Origin: an uncultured virus (IMG/VR IMGVR_UViG_2806310815_000005)
Lineage: Duplodnaviria > Heunggongvirae > Uroviricota > Caudoviricetes
Direction: 5' to 3' (one strand)
Virus record (IMG/VR): IMGVR_UViG_2806310815_000005
Length of the DNA stretch: 64,000 bases
Position numbers and translations under genes: made by a program. This document shows positions 10,761-21,015 of this stretch, piece by piece. How positions within the stretch are numbered: position 1 is the first letter of the stretch; each line of letters opens with the position of its first letter. Under the pieces are notes generated by a model. The model searched no databases, was not told the origin of the DNA, and saw only the letters and a list, made by a program, of their open reading frames with translations.

Positions 10761-13700
10761 ATGGCAAAAAAACAAGAAGTTAATGTACCTCTTGCAGGTA
10801 TGGCTAGAGGCAAGAATCCTATGAATCTTGAACCTCAAGAGTACATATTTGCTAAGAATGTAAACTTTCAAAATGAATCTGGGGACATAGAAGTTTTAAA
10901 AACAGAAGCTTCTAATCTATTATCCTCTAAATTTAAGAGTGGTTTCAAAGTGGTAGGTTTTAAAAACGATATAACTACTGAGGCTACATATTTCTTTTTA
11001 ACCAATCCAATTACAAAAGTATCTGAATTTGGAGTTATTTATAATAATCAAAACGAACCTTATTTAGGGGATACAGAGGAGATAGATTGTGCAGAGTGCG
11101 ACAAACGTATTAAGTTATCAGAACCTTTAGAAAACCAAACACAGTCAGAGACCCAACAATATATAACGCTGTTAGAAGATAGTTGTAATAACTGTTTAAA
11201 TCTTTCGATAGAACACCCTATAAAAGAAAAGAACATTATAATTAAAAATGAGAAGTGTGGTAATGTACTATATTTTACAGACAATTATAATGAACCTAGG
11301 TTTATAAAATTGGACGATTTAGACTCCTACAAGTTTACAGGAGAAACTAATTGTGGTGTAGATGATACTGTCTCTACTTGCCTAGCTTGTGATAAACTTA
11401 GAATGTTCCCTTTACACAGAGAGGCTAAAGTACAAGGTGTAGAGATAGTCTTAGGAGGTAGATTACCTCTTGGTTCTTATGAATTTGCTTTTGTGTATTG
11501 TGATAATTTAGGGAACGAGATTAGCGAGTATTTTGGTTTTACTCAACCAATAAATATTTTCGACGAGAACACAACTATTTTAGAACAGTCAGAATTAAAT
11601 CAACAGACAAATTACGCAATAAAAGTAACACTATCTGACTTAGACCAAAATTACAAATACTATAAAGCTGTTGCTATACAAACTACATCTTTAGATGGAG
11701 CTACAAGGTATTTTGAAGAGGGAGTACACCCAGTAACAGACAATACAATACTTTATACTACCGAACAAGGTAAACAAACTACAAGCATAAATAAGCTTCT
11801 ACTTGATAAGCCAAATATAAAAAAGTTTAAAGGACTTCTTACATCTAACAAACTTCTCATAGGATATGGAACAGAAGTAGAAAAAGAGTGGAATTTACAG
11901 CCTGTTGTTAACCTATTAGGAAATCACGTAAAATGGCAAACACAAATAACAACAGAAGAGTACTATAAAACAGGTACAGCTAAAAAAACTTATCTAAGGG
12001 ACGAGGTATACCCACTATCAATAGGGTTTAAAACAAACTATGGATATAAGACAGCAAAGTTTCCATTAATAGGTAGACCAGCAACATCTTTTGATTTAGA
12101 AGAGGTAGATAATAAAGACACACAGTCCATTACAGCCTCTGTAAACAAATGTTACGGTGTAGAGAGAACAAAGAGATGGCAATTCTACAATACTGCCTCA
12201 GAAGAGGGCTCTTTCCCTTTAAGTGAGGATATAGAATACACTGAGGTTACAGAGACTCTGATTACTACTACTATTGTACCTAGTGAAGCTGATACAGAAA
12301 GCGATATAAACATAGATTCTATACCATCAGGAACAGTTTCTATTACAAATGCTTCTCAATTATTAGGGTATGTAGATTTAAAAACGTATTTACAAGATTA
12401 TAAAGACTCTTGCCCTGATAATATATCTACAATATGTGATTACCTAGAAGTTTCACAATATGATTCTATAAGTAATCCACCAGAATTAGGTAGTTGTTCA
12501 GAACCTACAAACACTATAAATGAGGTAGACATTGTAAGGGTAAATAACGAACAGACTACTTTTATACCTAAAGATATAGAAGATTACGGGAGAGTAAGAC
12601 CTACTCAAAGTTGCCTTATATACCAACAAGGAGAAAACAATACAGACGAAGATTTTTCAGCTAGGTACGCACTAAGATACTTTGTATCTAATCCTACAAT
12701 AGAAGGAACATTAACTGAACGTATAAATACAACTTATTCGGATTCCTGCGATTATGCAACAGACGTAATCGAAGTACCTCAATCTTCTATAACTACTGTA
12801 TCACTACCCCCCGTAGTTCATCCACATTACGGAGTAGAAATGGAGACAGGTTCTACAGTAGAACAAAAAGCAGCAAGAATACTAGATTATAGAAATGCCA
12901 TATATACAGAAACCTTTGAAAGCAGAGGAAATAGAGGTATAGGTGGTTTAGGTGGTTCAGATGCACCAAATTTCAATGCAGCAGGTTTATTTACTTCAAA
13001 AATACATAAAGGAGCTCTTTGGTATAGGATAGACGTAGAAAACAAAGAAAAAATAATACTTGAAATATCAAGACTTACTGACCCAGGAAGAAGAAATTGG
13101 AGATTGGATGCAGGAGTTGATCCGTTTAAAAATACTTTTGTTAGAATGCATTTATTCTCGGATTGCTCTTCAAGCTCTCCTATATCAGGCGTAGGTGGTA
13201 TAATTGATTTAAGTGAGATACCTGATATGATAGAATTAAATCAGTCTGTCATAAACCAATCAAGTGATGGGCAGTTTCTTTATTTGGTTTTTGACTTACC
13301 TATATCAGAGTCGAGAGGGTTAGGAGATAACGGATACATAGAAGATGAAGGAGCAACAAAAATAAATACAGTTGTAACTATACCTATGACATCTTGTTTT
13401 ACGGTAAATACAAGAGAAGAAGAGTATTCTAGAGTAGATGTGACTTATGACAGTATTGATATTGAAAAGAAGCAGGATTGGAGATCAGTATGTACCTATC
13501 AAACACCTGTGGTATCAGAATGTAACCTAATACCTAATAAATATGGTAAGTTTGGTTATATAGAAAGCACAGAAAATTATCCAGACAATCAAGAATTATA
13601 CGACTCTTCAATTTTAAGTATTCAGCCAAGTGATTTTACAAATGAGGATTCAAAACAAGATTTTAAAGAGGCATACACAGAAGGGCTAATAGACGGTAAT

Positions 13701-16700
13701 TATATTTTAAAAGAAGACACTAATTTTTCTTGTAAACCTATACGTCACTTTAGACTTCCTGATAACGAAGTTGCCCCATTTATGTCAGACCAAAATCAAG
13801 CAAGATTTAGTTCAAGTTTAATTTTTCCTTTAGGTATAACGATAGATGAGGATACGATAAATGATTACTTAAATATTGCGGTAAAAAATAGTCTAATAAC
13901 TCAAAAGCAAAGAGATTCTATTGTTGAGTATGAAATATATAGAGGGGACAGGACTTTAGACAAAGGTATTGTTGCAAAAGGTGTTATGTACGATATGTAT
14001 AAGTACACCGAAGATGATAAAGAAATACTATACTCAAACTACCCTTATAATGATTTAGGAGATGATAATCTAAACTATGAGACAGATGCAAGGACAACTT
14101 TTATAAAACACCCTTACTCAGGAAACAGCAACCATAATTACACACTACATTCACCAGAGTTACAATACTTAAAACCTACTTTGGGTTCTGAAATAAAAAT
14201 TGAAGGTGCTTTGTTTGGTAATTCAAGAGGGGCTTTTGATGAAGTTGAAGGACATTCAAAATGGATATTGTTAGGATCTGATGCAAGAAGCCTAGCATCT
14301 ACATTAGCAACAGCAGAGGTAGTGGCAGAAGCAACTATTGCTACTATGGACGCATTCTCTAGATTTAACCCTATAGCAGGGGTAGCAACTACAGTCTTTC
14401 CAGGAGCAGCCGTAGCTAGTACCACAATAGCAGTAGCTAGTGCATTAACAGCCGTTCTTTTTAAATACGGGAGGTATAAATACCAATGGTTAGAGATATT
14501 TGAAAATTTAGGTAAGCCTGAAAACTTCGCGTACTACTATTCATCAGAAGGATATTATAATGTATTTAAACCTACTCAAATAAACGGAGAAAAACTTAGA
14601 AGTCTAAATCTAGCTAAGTACTTAAAAGATGAACGTAAGATATTTGTAGATAAGAGAGTAGGAGACAAAGTTGAAATAAATAACTACAAAAGAGAAGAGT
14701 CTGTATACATAAATGTAGGAGAGGATTTTAATATAGTTTATTCAGACGAATATAAAAACTACGATAATAACCAAGTTCAAAGAAATTTGAGCAGTAGGTA
14801 TTATTTATCCGAAAGTGGAAGTTGTGCTGAGGGCAGAAGTAAAGAGGTAGAAAGAAATATAGCATCTCTTTATGTAAGTATGAAAAACTATCTACCTAGT
14901 CAGTATGGTAATATAGATTCTATAAAGTGGCTGTCAACAGGACATTCGGGAAACCTGACAAACACAACAACCCCTTACATATTTGGAGGAGACACTTACA
15001 TAGCCAGAGATACTTTCAAAAGGAAAATACCTTTATTTTTAAGAGATGCGTTTGATCTTGCTAATAAGACACCTTTTAATTACAAAAATCAAAGTAATAT
15101 AGGACAAGGTACGGCTAGATTTTATGGAAGTTATCGATTACCAAGTGATATTAATTTTGACAGAGGATTCCCTACAATAAGCAATGATTACAGTTTCGAC
15201 TGTCTAACAGGAGATAGAGGTTTTTATGTAAAAGAACCTTCTAAATTCTATTTATATTACTATGGGATACCTAATTATTTAGTTGAAACTTCAATTAATA
15301 CGAATTATAGATATGGTAAAAAAGAACCTAAAGATAATTTTTATCCGAATGTAGGAGACTACCTTGACTGGACTCAAGAAAATCTTGTATCGATAAAAGA
15401 GAGAAATAGCTTCTTTTATAATTTTGTATACTCTAAAAATGTAACGCAGAGTATATCAAGAACACTACCATCTACTTACAATAAAAAAGAATACGATTGT
15501 AGGTATGACAGCCCTAATGGAGGGTATTATACAATACAAGATAATTCAGAAAATGGTTTGTATGACCCTTGGTTAGTTTTTAGACCACTAGATTTGTTTA
15601 ATTTTTCATCAGGAAAAGGAGATTTGATATCTATGTTTGCTATGGAGAACGAGCAAGTAGCAGCAGTTTTTGAAGACGGGTTAGAAGTACACAATGCAGT
15701 AGACACAACTGTTGATGATGGAAAAAGACCTGAGACACAAGTATTAGGGAATGGGGGGTTATTTGCTAGAAGACCTAGAACTTTTTCAGAAACAGATTTA
15801 GGAAAGTGGGGCACGCAACTAAGCGAACACTCATCTAACGAGTTTGGACATTTCTATGCCGACCCAAAAAGAGGTACTATAACTAGGTTATATCCTGCAT
15901 CCTCTAACATAAAAGAGATATCAAAATACGGAAGAGGTAATAAACCAACATGGATGTATCAATGGTTCAAAGAACATCTTCCATTTAAAATTTTAAAAAC
16001 AAACCCAGAGGTAGATATTGATAACCCTTATAACGGTATAGGATTAAGTATTGGTTATGATGATAGGTACAAAAGAATCTTTTTTACAAAGAAAGATTAT
16101 GTAGCTAAAAATGATATGTGTTACAATAGTGGTAAATTCTATAGTTATGCTAGTCAACAAGAAACAATAACCCAATACGAAAATGATGGGTACACTTACA
16201 ATGGAATAGAAGAATGTGCTTTAAATTTCTCAAAAGAAGTCACAAAAACAGTAATAAAAGAGACAGAGGTAACAACATCTTTACCAAGTACAACAGATAT
16301 CTACGCTATTTTTGATACTACTTCTATGCAAGTAACAGACGGAATAGCAGCTTCTGAAGCTCTTAATGTTTGGTTCGATGCATACACAACAGATAACCCT
16401 GATTTCGAGGGAAATTTATACATAATACCTTATGGTATAGAAACTTATTTAGACTACCTTTGGATACTTCAACAAACTAATTACATACCTTCAGGAGGAA
16501 CTTGGAGTGATATAGCGATATTACCACCTAATTATAATACTCAAGATTGGATACCTCCAAAAGATATATTACTTTTAGCTTTTGTAGATGAAACACAAGG
16601 AGGTCAAGTTTTATACCCACAAGGTTATCACGCTAGTACTATATCACAAGGATTTGAAAATCCTACGCAGCCTTCGGACTCTTTTTTCCAAGGATACCTT

Positions 16701-17861
16701 AGTTTTAAGGAACAAATAGAAAACAACTACGACTTTTTTAGAGGTGTTGTGTATCCAATTGTGCAAAACACAGCAGGGTTAGGGGGTGCTTTAGTTTTAC
16801 AAACTTTAGCAGCTATGAAAGGTAGAACTTTGACACAATCTGAAATAGACGAGACAGGTACTACGGTAGATGTATCTTCACTACTAACAGAAAACCCTTA
16901 TGAAAATACGCCTATACCAAACACAAGCCCTCAGCAATACTTAGAGCCGTTGGAAAACTTTGGTTGGTTTGGACAGTATGATAAGGTAAGCCCTGCTTCA
17001 GAGGTATTCACATCTCAACAATTTCAAGATGATCTAAATAACCTCATTAATCAAGGAGGAACAGAGACAGAAATTGTAGAAGAGGAGGTAGAGATAACAG
17101 AAACAGAGATAGTAAAAGTACCTTTAGAGGAAACAAAGTTAGGTAGTGATGATTTTGAAGATGCTTCTTGGACAGTTGCATATGATCCATTAAATGAAGG
17201 TTGGATATCTTATTACGATTTTAAACCTAACTATTATATATCTCACAACAATTTCTTTCAGACAGGCTTAAATGACGCAGGAAGTAAGTTTGGATTATGG
17301 AGTCATAACTTAACAAATAAATCATTTAGAGTATTTTACGGAGAAAAATTCAATAGTATTGTGGAGTATGGTACAAAAAACGATTTAAGAGTCAGAAACT
17401 TAAACAATATTAAATTTAAGTCAGAAGCAAGAAGGTATCACAACGAGTATGATTTTGCTTATAGTAGGGATATTACTTGGGATACAGCTATAATAAGTAG
17501 TACAAGAGAGAATACAGGGAAGTTAAAATTAATCCCTCAAAAAACCTTGTCTCAAATATCAAAGTACCCTAAGAAACTGTCTAGTACAGTAGCCGAGATA
17601 CTTATAACCAACACAAATGAACTATTTAATTTTGACTATCTTTATAATAGAGTTAAAAAAGAAAATAATAACCAACCGCATTTTAATTGGGATATAAATA
17701 AGATTGAAAGAAAGTTAAACCCAAAAGCTGTATCTTTTTACGGCAAAAATATTTTAGAACCTTTGACATCATCTGCATTTAATGTATATTTGGAGCATAA
17801 TGGAGATACTAGATACGAAGTTGATTTACAATGGACTATAAACGAAGAGGATGAGATATAA
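10761..17861 (+). CDS. large tail stabilisation/muzzle-like protein (2366 aa)
   Basis: Segments resembling crAss-like muzzle proteins (YFTDNYNEPRFI, YLRDEVY, FGGDTYI, SWTVAY...WISYYDFKPNYY); contains large insertions. Confidence 0.7.
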   Translation: MAKKQEVNVPLAGMARGKNPMNLEPQEYIFAKNVNFQNESGDIEVLKTEASNLLSSKFKSGFKVVGFKNDITTEATYFFLTNPITKVSEFGVIYNNQNEPYLGDTEEIDCAECDKRIKLSEPLENQTQSETQQYITLLEDSCNNCLNLSIEHPIKEKNIIIKNEKCGNVLYFTDNYNEPRFIKLDDLDSYKFTGETNCGVDDTVSTCLACDKLRMFPLHREAKVQGVEIVLGGRLPLGSYEFAFVYCDNLGNEISEYFGFTQPINIFDENTTILEQSELNQQTNYAIKVTLSDLDQNYKYYKAVAIQTTSLDGATRYFEEGVHPVTDNTILYTTEQGKQTTSINKLLLDKPNIKKFKGLLTSNKLLIGYGTEVEKEWNLQPVVNLLGNHVKWQTQITTEEYYKTGTAKKTYLRDEVYPLSIGFKTNYGYKTAKFPLIGRPATSFDLEEVDNKDTQSITASVNKCYGVERTKRWQFYNTASEEGSFPLSEDIEYTEVTETLITTTIVPSEADTESDINIDSIPSGTVSITNASQLLGYVDLKTYLQDYKDSCPDNISTICDYLEVSQYDSISNPPELGSCSEPTNTINEVDIVRVNNEQTTFIPKDIEDYGRVRPTQSCLIYQQGENNTDEDFSARYALRYFVSNPTIEGTLTERINTTYSDSCDYATDVIEVPQSSITTVSLPPVVHPHYGVEMETGSTVEQKAARILDYRNAIYTETFESRGNRGIGGLGGSDAPNFNAAGLFTSKIHKGALWYRIDVENKEKIILEISRLTDPGRRNWRLDAGVDPFKNTFVRMHLFSDCSSSSPISGVGGIIDLSEIPDMIELNQSVINQSSDGQFLYLVFDLPISESRGLGDNGYIEDEGATKINTVVTIPMTSCFTVNTREEEYSRVDVTYDSIDIEKKQDWRSVCTYQTPVVSECNLIPNKYGKFGYIESTENYPDNQELYDSSILSIQPSDFTNEDSKQDFKEAYTEGLIDGNYILKEDTNFSCKPIRHFRLPDNEVAPFMSDQNQARFSSSLIFPLGITIDEDTINDYLNIAVKNSLITQKQRDSIVEYEIYRGDRTLDKGIVAKGVMYDMYKYTEDDKEILYSNYPYNDLGDDNLNYETDARTTFIKHPYSGNSNHNYTLHSPELQYLKPTLGSEIKIEGALFGNSRGAFDEVEGHSKWILLGSDARSLASTLATAEVVAEATIATMDAFSRFNPIAGVATTVFPGAAVASTTIAVASALTAVLFKYGRYKYQWLEIFENLGKPENFAYYYSSEGYYNVFKPTQINGEKLRSLNLAKYLKDERKIFVDKRVGDKVEINNYKREESVYINVGEDFNIVYSDEYKNYDNNQVQRNLSSRYYLSESGSCAEGRSKEVERNIASLYVSMKNYLPSQYGNIDSIKWLSTGHSGNLTNTTTPYIFGGDTYIARDTFKRKIPLFLRDAFDLANKTPFNYKNQSNIGQGTARFYGSYRLPSDINFDRGFPTISNDYSFDCLTGDRGFYVKEPSKFYLYYYGIPNYLVETSINTNYRYGKKEPKDNFYPNVGDYLDWTQENLVSIKERNSFFYNFVYSKNVTQSISRTLPSTYNKKEYDCRYDSPNGGYYTIQDNSENGLYDPWLVFRPLDLFNFSSGKGDLISMFAMENEQVAAVFEDGLEVHNAVDTTVDDGKRPETQVLGNGGLFARRPRTFSETDLGKWGTQLSEHSSNEFGHFYADPKRGTITRLYPASSNIKEISKYGRGNKPTWMYQWFKEHLPFKILKTNPEVDIDNPYNGIGLSIGYDDRYKRIFFTKKDYVAKNDMCYNSGKFYSYASQQETITQYENDGYTYNGIEECALNFSKEVTKTVIKETEVTTSLPSTTDIYAIFDTTSMQVTDGIAASEALNVWFDAYTTDNPDFEGNLYIIPYGIETYLDYLWILQQTNYIPSGGTWSDIAILPPNYNTQDWIPPKDILLLAFVDETQGGQVLYPQGYHASTISQGFENPTQPSDSFFQGYLSFKEQIENNYDFFRGVVYPIVQNTAGLGGALVLQTLAAMKGRTLTQSEIDETGTTVDVSSLLTENPYENTPIPNTSPQQYLEPLENFGWFGQYDKVSPASEVFTSQQFQDDLNNLINQGGTETEIVEEEVEITETEIVKVPLEETKLGSDDFEDASWTVAYDPLNEGWISYYDFKPNYYISHNNFFQTGLNDAGSKFGLWSHNLTNKSFRVFYGEKFNSIVEYGTKNDLRVRNLNNIKFKSEARRYHNEYDFAYSRDITWDTAIISSTRENTGKLKLIPQKTLSQISKYPKKLSSTVAEILITNTNELFNFDYLYNRVKKENNNQPHFNWDINKIERKLNPKAVSFYGKNILEPLTSSAFNVYLEHNGDTRYEVDLQWTINEEDEI

Positions 17862-18768
17862 GGATAAAAAACCTATTGAGAGAGAGTATTATTTATACAG
17901 ACACATAAGAATGGATACAAATGAACCTTTCTACATTGGTATGGGGACTAAAGTAAAAAAGTACTCCTCACTAACAACAGAATACAGAAGAGCATATGAT
18001 ACTAATAGAAGAAATAAGAATTGGAAATCAGTAGTAGCCTCAACAGATTATATTGTAGAAATACTATATGAGTCTTATGATAAAAACGTTATATATAAAA
18101 AAGAAAAAGAGTTTATAAAAAAATACGGCAGGAAAGATCTTAACCAGGGAAGTCTAGTAAACTTAACAAATGGAGGAGAAAAAAATAAAGGTTATGTAGC
18201 TTCTGAAGAAACAAGAGAAAAGCAAAGGAACTCTTTTGATATTGAAAAACATAGAAAGCATATAAATAGAATTTCAAAAGAGTGTTTTCACATAAAAACA
18301 GGTAAGAAATTTAAATCTTTAAAAGAGGGTTGTAAGTACTTTAATGTGACTTATGGTTCACAAAAAGAGGCAATAAGACATAAAAGAACTACAGCTTTAT
18401 TTATGTTTAAAGGAGAGGAATTTGAACCTATAAAGAGAACTCATAAGAAGTATAAAAAATGCATTCATATAGAAACAGGTGAAGTTTTTAAAAGTTTAAA
18501 ATATGGATGCAAGGTAAAAAAAGAGTCATATACTAAGCAGTTAGATGTGATTAAATTAGATCTAAGTACCAAAAAGTTTGAATTTATAAATAAAGAATAT
18601 ATAAATAATAAGGTCAAATATGAAGTTATAGACAAAAATACTGGCATCGTGTATATATCTTTAAGGTATGCTTGTGAGGTATTAGATTTAAACTATTCTG
18701 CGGAAAAGACAAAACTTAACAAGAATCCTGAAAACTCTATATTTTTAAAACGTGAGATACAAAGATAA
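17851..18768 (+). CDS. free-standing GIY-YIG-type homing endonuclease (305 aa)
   Basis: YLYRH...FYIGMG, E...I..YGR...LVNLTNGGE, a NUMOD3-like SEETREK, and repeated TGxxFxSL DNA-binding modules. Confidence 0.8.
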   Translation: MRYKDKKPIEREYYLYRHIRMDTNEPFYIGMGTKVKKYSSLTTEYRRAYDTNRRNKNWKSVVASTDYIVEILYESYDKNVIYKKEKEFIKKYGRKDLNQGSLVNLTNGGEKNKGYVASEETREKQRNSFDIEKHRKHINRISKECFHIKTGKKFKSLKEGCKYFNVTYGSQKEAIRHKRTTALFMFKGEEFEPIKRTHKKYKKCIHIETGEVFKSLKYGCKVKKESYTKQLDVIKLDLSTKKFEFINKEYINNKVKYEVIDKNTGIVYISLRYACEVLDLNYSAEKTKLNKNPENSIFLKREIQR

Positions 18769-20851
18769 AATAAAACCTGACTACTACCAAAGACTTGCTA
18801 TGATAGAATCTTCGGGTAATCCTAATGCTAAATCTAGCACCTCTTCAGCAACAGGACTATATCAATTTACTGAAAGTACTTGGAAAGGCTTGGTAAATCA
18901 ATTAGGTCTGAATTACAGTTTAGAAGACAGGACAGACCCTACTAAGTCTCGGAAAGTTGTAGAGGAGTTTACAAAAAGAAATAGGGATTATTTAAAAAAT
19001 TCTGTTGGGATAGATCCCAATAGTACTGAACTTTATTTAAGTCATTTTTTGGGTATGGGCGGAGGGTCTAGTTTAATGAAGAAATTACTAGAAAACCCTA
19101 ATGCGACTATAGATACTGTAGCTAGCCCAAACCAAATACAAGCTAATAAATCAATATTTTTAGATAAGAACGGAAATCCTAAAAACGTAAAAGATATATA
19201 TAATTGGGCAGCAAAAAAGTTTGGAGAAAAAAAGTTTGCGGACGTATATAAAGACGGACAAGTATATGATATAGACGAAAATAATAATGTAGTATCAGTC
19301 AATCCAAGTACAGCAACAGAAGCACAAAAAAAGACATCGGATGCAGTTAGGAAATCTATGTTGTCCCCTAAATCGGAAAGAATTATAAATGAGGTTAAAT
19401 TCCAACAAGCGTTTTACAAAAATTATAGCACTATTGACAATGTAAATAGTCAAGTACAGAAGCAACAAGAACAAGAAGAAAAAACCACAAACAAAACACA
19501 GCAGAAAGAAGAAACAGAAACTACTTCTCAACAACCGCAATTTAACCCATTTTCACAACAACAAACAGAACAACAAAAACAATATGTAGCACCTCAACAA
19601 GAGATAGATTATACATTGTTAGCACCAGAAGAGAATGAGTTTATGTCTCAGTTTTTAACACAGTTTCAAAAAGGCGGTGCTTATGAGATGCCTAAAGAGG
19701 CTGTGTATAAAGATACGGGTCTTCCATATAACTACGATTTCTTAGGAGAAAGTAACACACCTCAACAACAAGAAAACATTGTATCAGAAAGTACTTACGT
19801 TAAGAATCCTAAGAACTTTTTAGTAAGTGAGAAGCAAGAAGATAAAGATATTACTAAGATAATTGAAGGTGTAAAAAACAGAAAGGTAAATAAAAACAAA
19901 AATGTTAAAAATACAAGTGAAGGTACAATTAATAAGAGATTAGAAGAGGGTTTGTTATTAAAGTCAGGTACTAAAGGAGACAATGTAAAAACAATGCAAA
20001 GCACCCTAGTTGCACTAGGATTCTTAGATAAAGCAGATGGAGTGTTTGGTAAAAATACCAAAAAAGCGGTGGAAGATTTCCAAAAAGCAAATGGATTAAA
20101 AGTTGACGGTATAGCAGGGAAAAACACCATAAAGACAATTAACAGCTTAAATAGTAGAAAAGAGAATACTTATAATAATACAGTAATACCTCAAAAGTAT
20201 GCAGAGTCTACGGGGGTTGCTTTTCCGAAAATAATAGACGAAAGGTTAGGTGAAGATAGAAGAGGAATCGAAAATATACCGCAACCCGAAAGAACTTGGT
20301 TAGATAGTACTAAAGAGTTAGTACCTTTATCCGTAAGACAGTTTATATATGACACCTTCAGAGGGGAGGATACTATAACAGAATCAGATCTAAGTGAAGA
20401 TGAATACTCAAAGTTAATTGAGGGGGTTTACGATTCTTTAAAACAAGGGAAAAATAAAGTAGATTATGACACTTGGAGAAACGTCGGCTCAGGAGGTACA
20501 GATACAAGAGATGATGGAATGAATTTATATAATCCTGCATCTTCTTTACAAAAAACTTTAGGACAAGCTGCAATAAGAGTAGAAGATAATGGTGATATAT
20601 ACGTAATCGATACATATAATTTTAATGATGCAGGGGATAAAAAGAATAGGTATATAAACTCCCATACAGATAAAGATGGTCTTCTTAAACTAGATGAAGC
20701 TAAAGGTATTAGTAATAAGATGTATAGGATAGCAAGAAATTTTAAAACCTTAACAGGGAGATCAGAAGGAGGCAGCCCTAGTCGCATTTATGTCGGCAAC
20801 ATAAAGGACTACGAAGCGTCTTTAGAAAAAAGTAAAAACTTAAAAATATAA
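18752..20851 (+). CDS. putative virion protein: N-terminal lytic transglycosylase, peptidoglycan-binding domain, unknown C-terminal domain (699 aa)
   Basis: IESSGNPNA..SSATGLYQF is the SLT/lysozyme-like catalytic Glu motif. LKSGTKGDNVKTMQ...DGVFGKNT...FQKANGLKVDGIAG is a PG_binding_1 pattern. Q-rich linker. GTG start. Confidence 0.8.
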   Translation: MRYKDKIKPDYYQRLAMIESSGNPNAKSSTSSATGLYQFTESTWKGLVNQLGLNYSLEDRTDPTKSRKVVEEFTKRNRDYLKNSVGIDPNSTELYLSHFLGMGGGSSLMKKLLENPNATIDTVASPNQIQANKSIFLDKNGNPKNVKDIYNWAAKKFGEKKFADVYKDGQVYDIDENNNVVSVNPSTATEAQKKTSDAVRKSMLSPKSERIINEVKFQQAFYKNYSTIDNVNSQVQKQQEQEEKTTNKTQQKEETETTSQQPQFNPFSQQQTEQQKQYVAPQQEIDYTLLAPEENEFMSQFLTQFQKGGAYEMPKEAVYKDTGLPYNYDFLGESNTPQQQENIVSESTYVKNPKNFLVSEKQEDKDITKIIEGVKNRKVNKNKNVKNTSEGTINKRLEEGLLLKSGTKGDNVKTMQSTLVALGFLDKADGVFGKNTKKAVEDFQKANGLKVDGIAGKNTIKTINSLNSRKENTYNNTVIPQKYAESTGVAFPKIIDERLGEDRRGIENIPQPERTWLDSTKELVPLSVRQFIYDTFRGEDTITESDLSEDEYSKLIEGVYDSLKQGKNKVDYDTWRNVGSGGTDTRDDGMNLYNPASSLQKTLGQAAIRVEDNGDIYVIDTYNFNDAGDKKNRYINSHTDKDGLLKLDEAKGISNKMYRIARNFKTLTGRSEGGSPSRIYVGNIKDYEASLEKSKNLKI

Positions 20852-20975
20852 AGAAGATAGTTATTGCAGGGTGTATTATTACAAATAACCAAATATTAAC
20901 TTCCTCATAACTAAGTCCAGATAGTCTAGATAAGTATTTTATAATACTTACACACTCATAGAATAAATCGTACAT
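20778..20975 (-). CDS. small antisense membrane protein (65 aa, MYDLFYE...)
   Basis: ATG at 20975 within track ORF 20778..21110; hydrophobic IWLFVIIHPAITIFFIFLSFYFFL; fills the intergenic gap; own TATATTTG element about 25 nt upstream. Confidence 0.6.
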   Translation of the reverse strand: MYDLFYECVSIIKYLSRLSGLSYEEVNIWLFVIIHPAITIFFIFLSFYFFLKTLRSPLCCRHKCD

Positions 20976-20999
20976 AATAAATTGCTTTTTAAATCTAAG

Positions 21000-21007
21000 C
21001 AAATATA
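21000..21007 (-). promoter_or_regulatory. Bacteroidota-type -7 promoter element for the antisense membrane gene
   Basis: CAAATATA on + equals TATATTTG on -, matching TAnnTTTG. Confidence 0.55.
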
Positions 21008-21015
21008 CAAATAAA

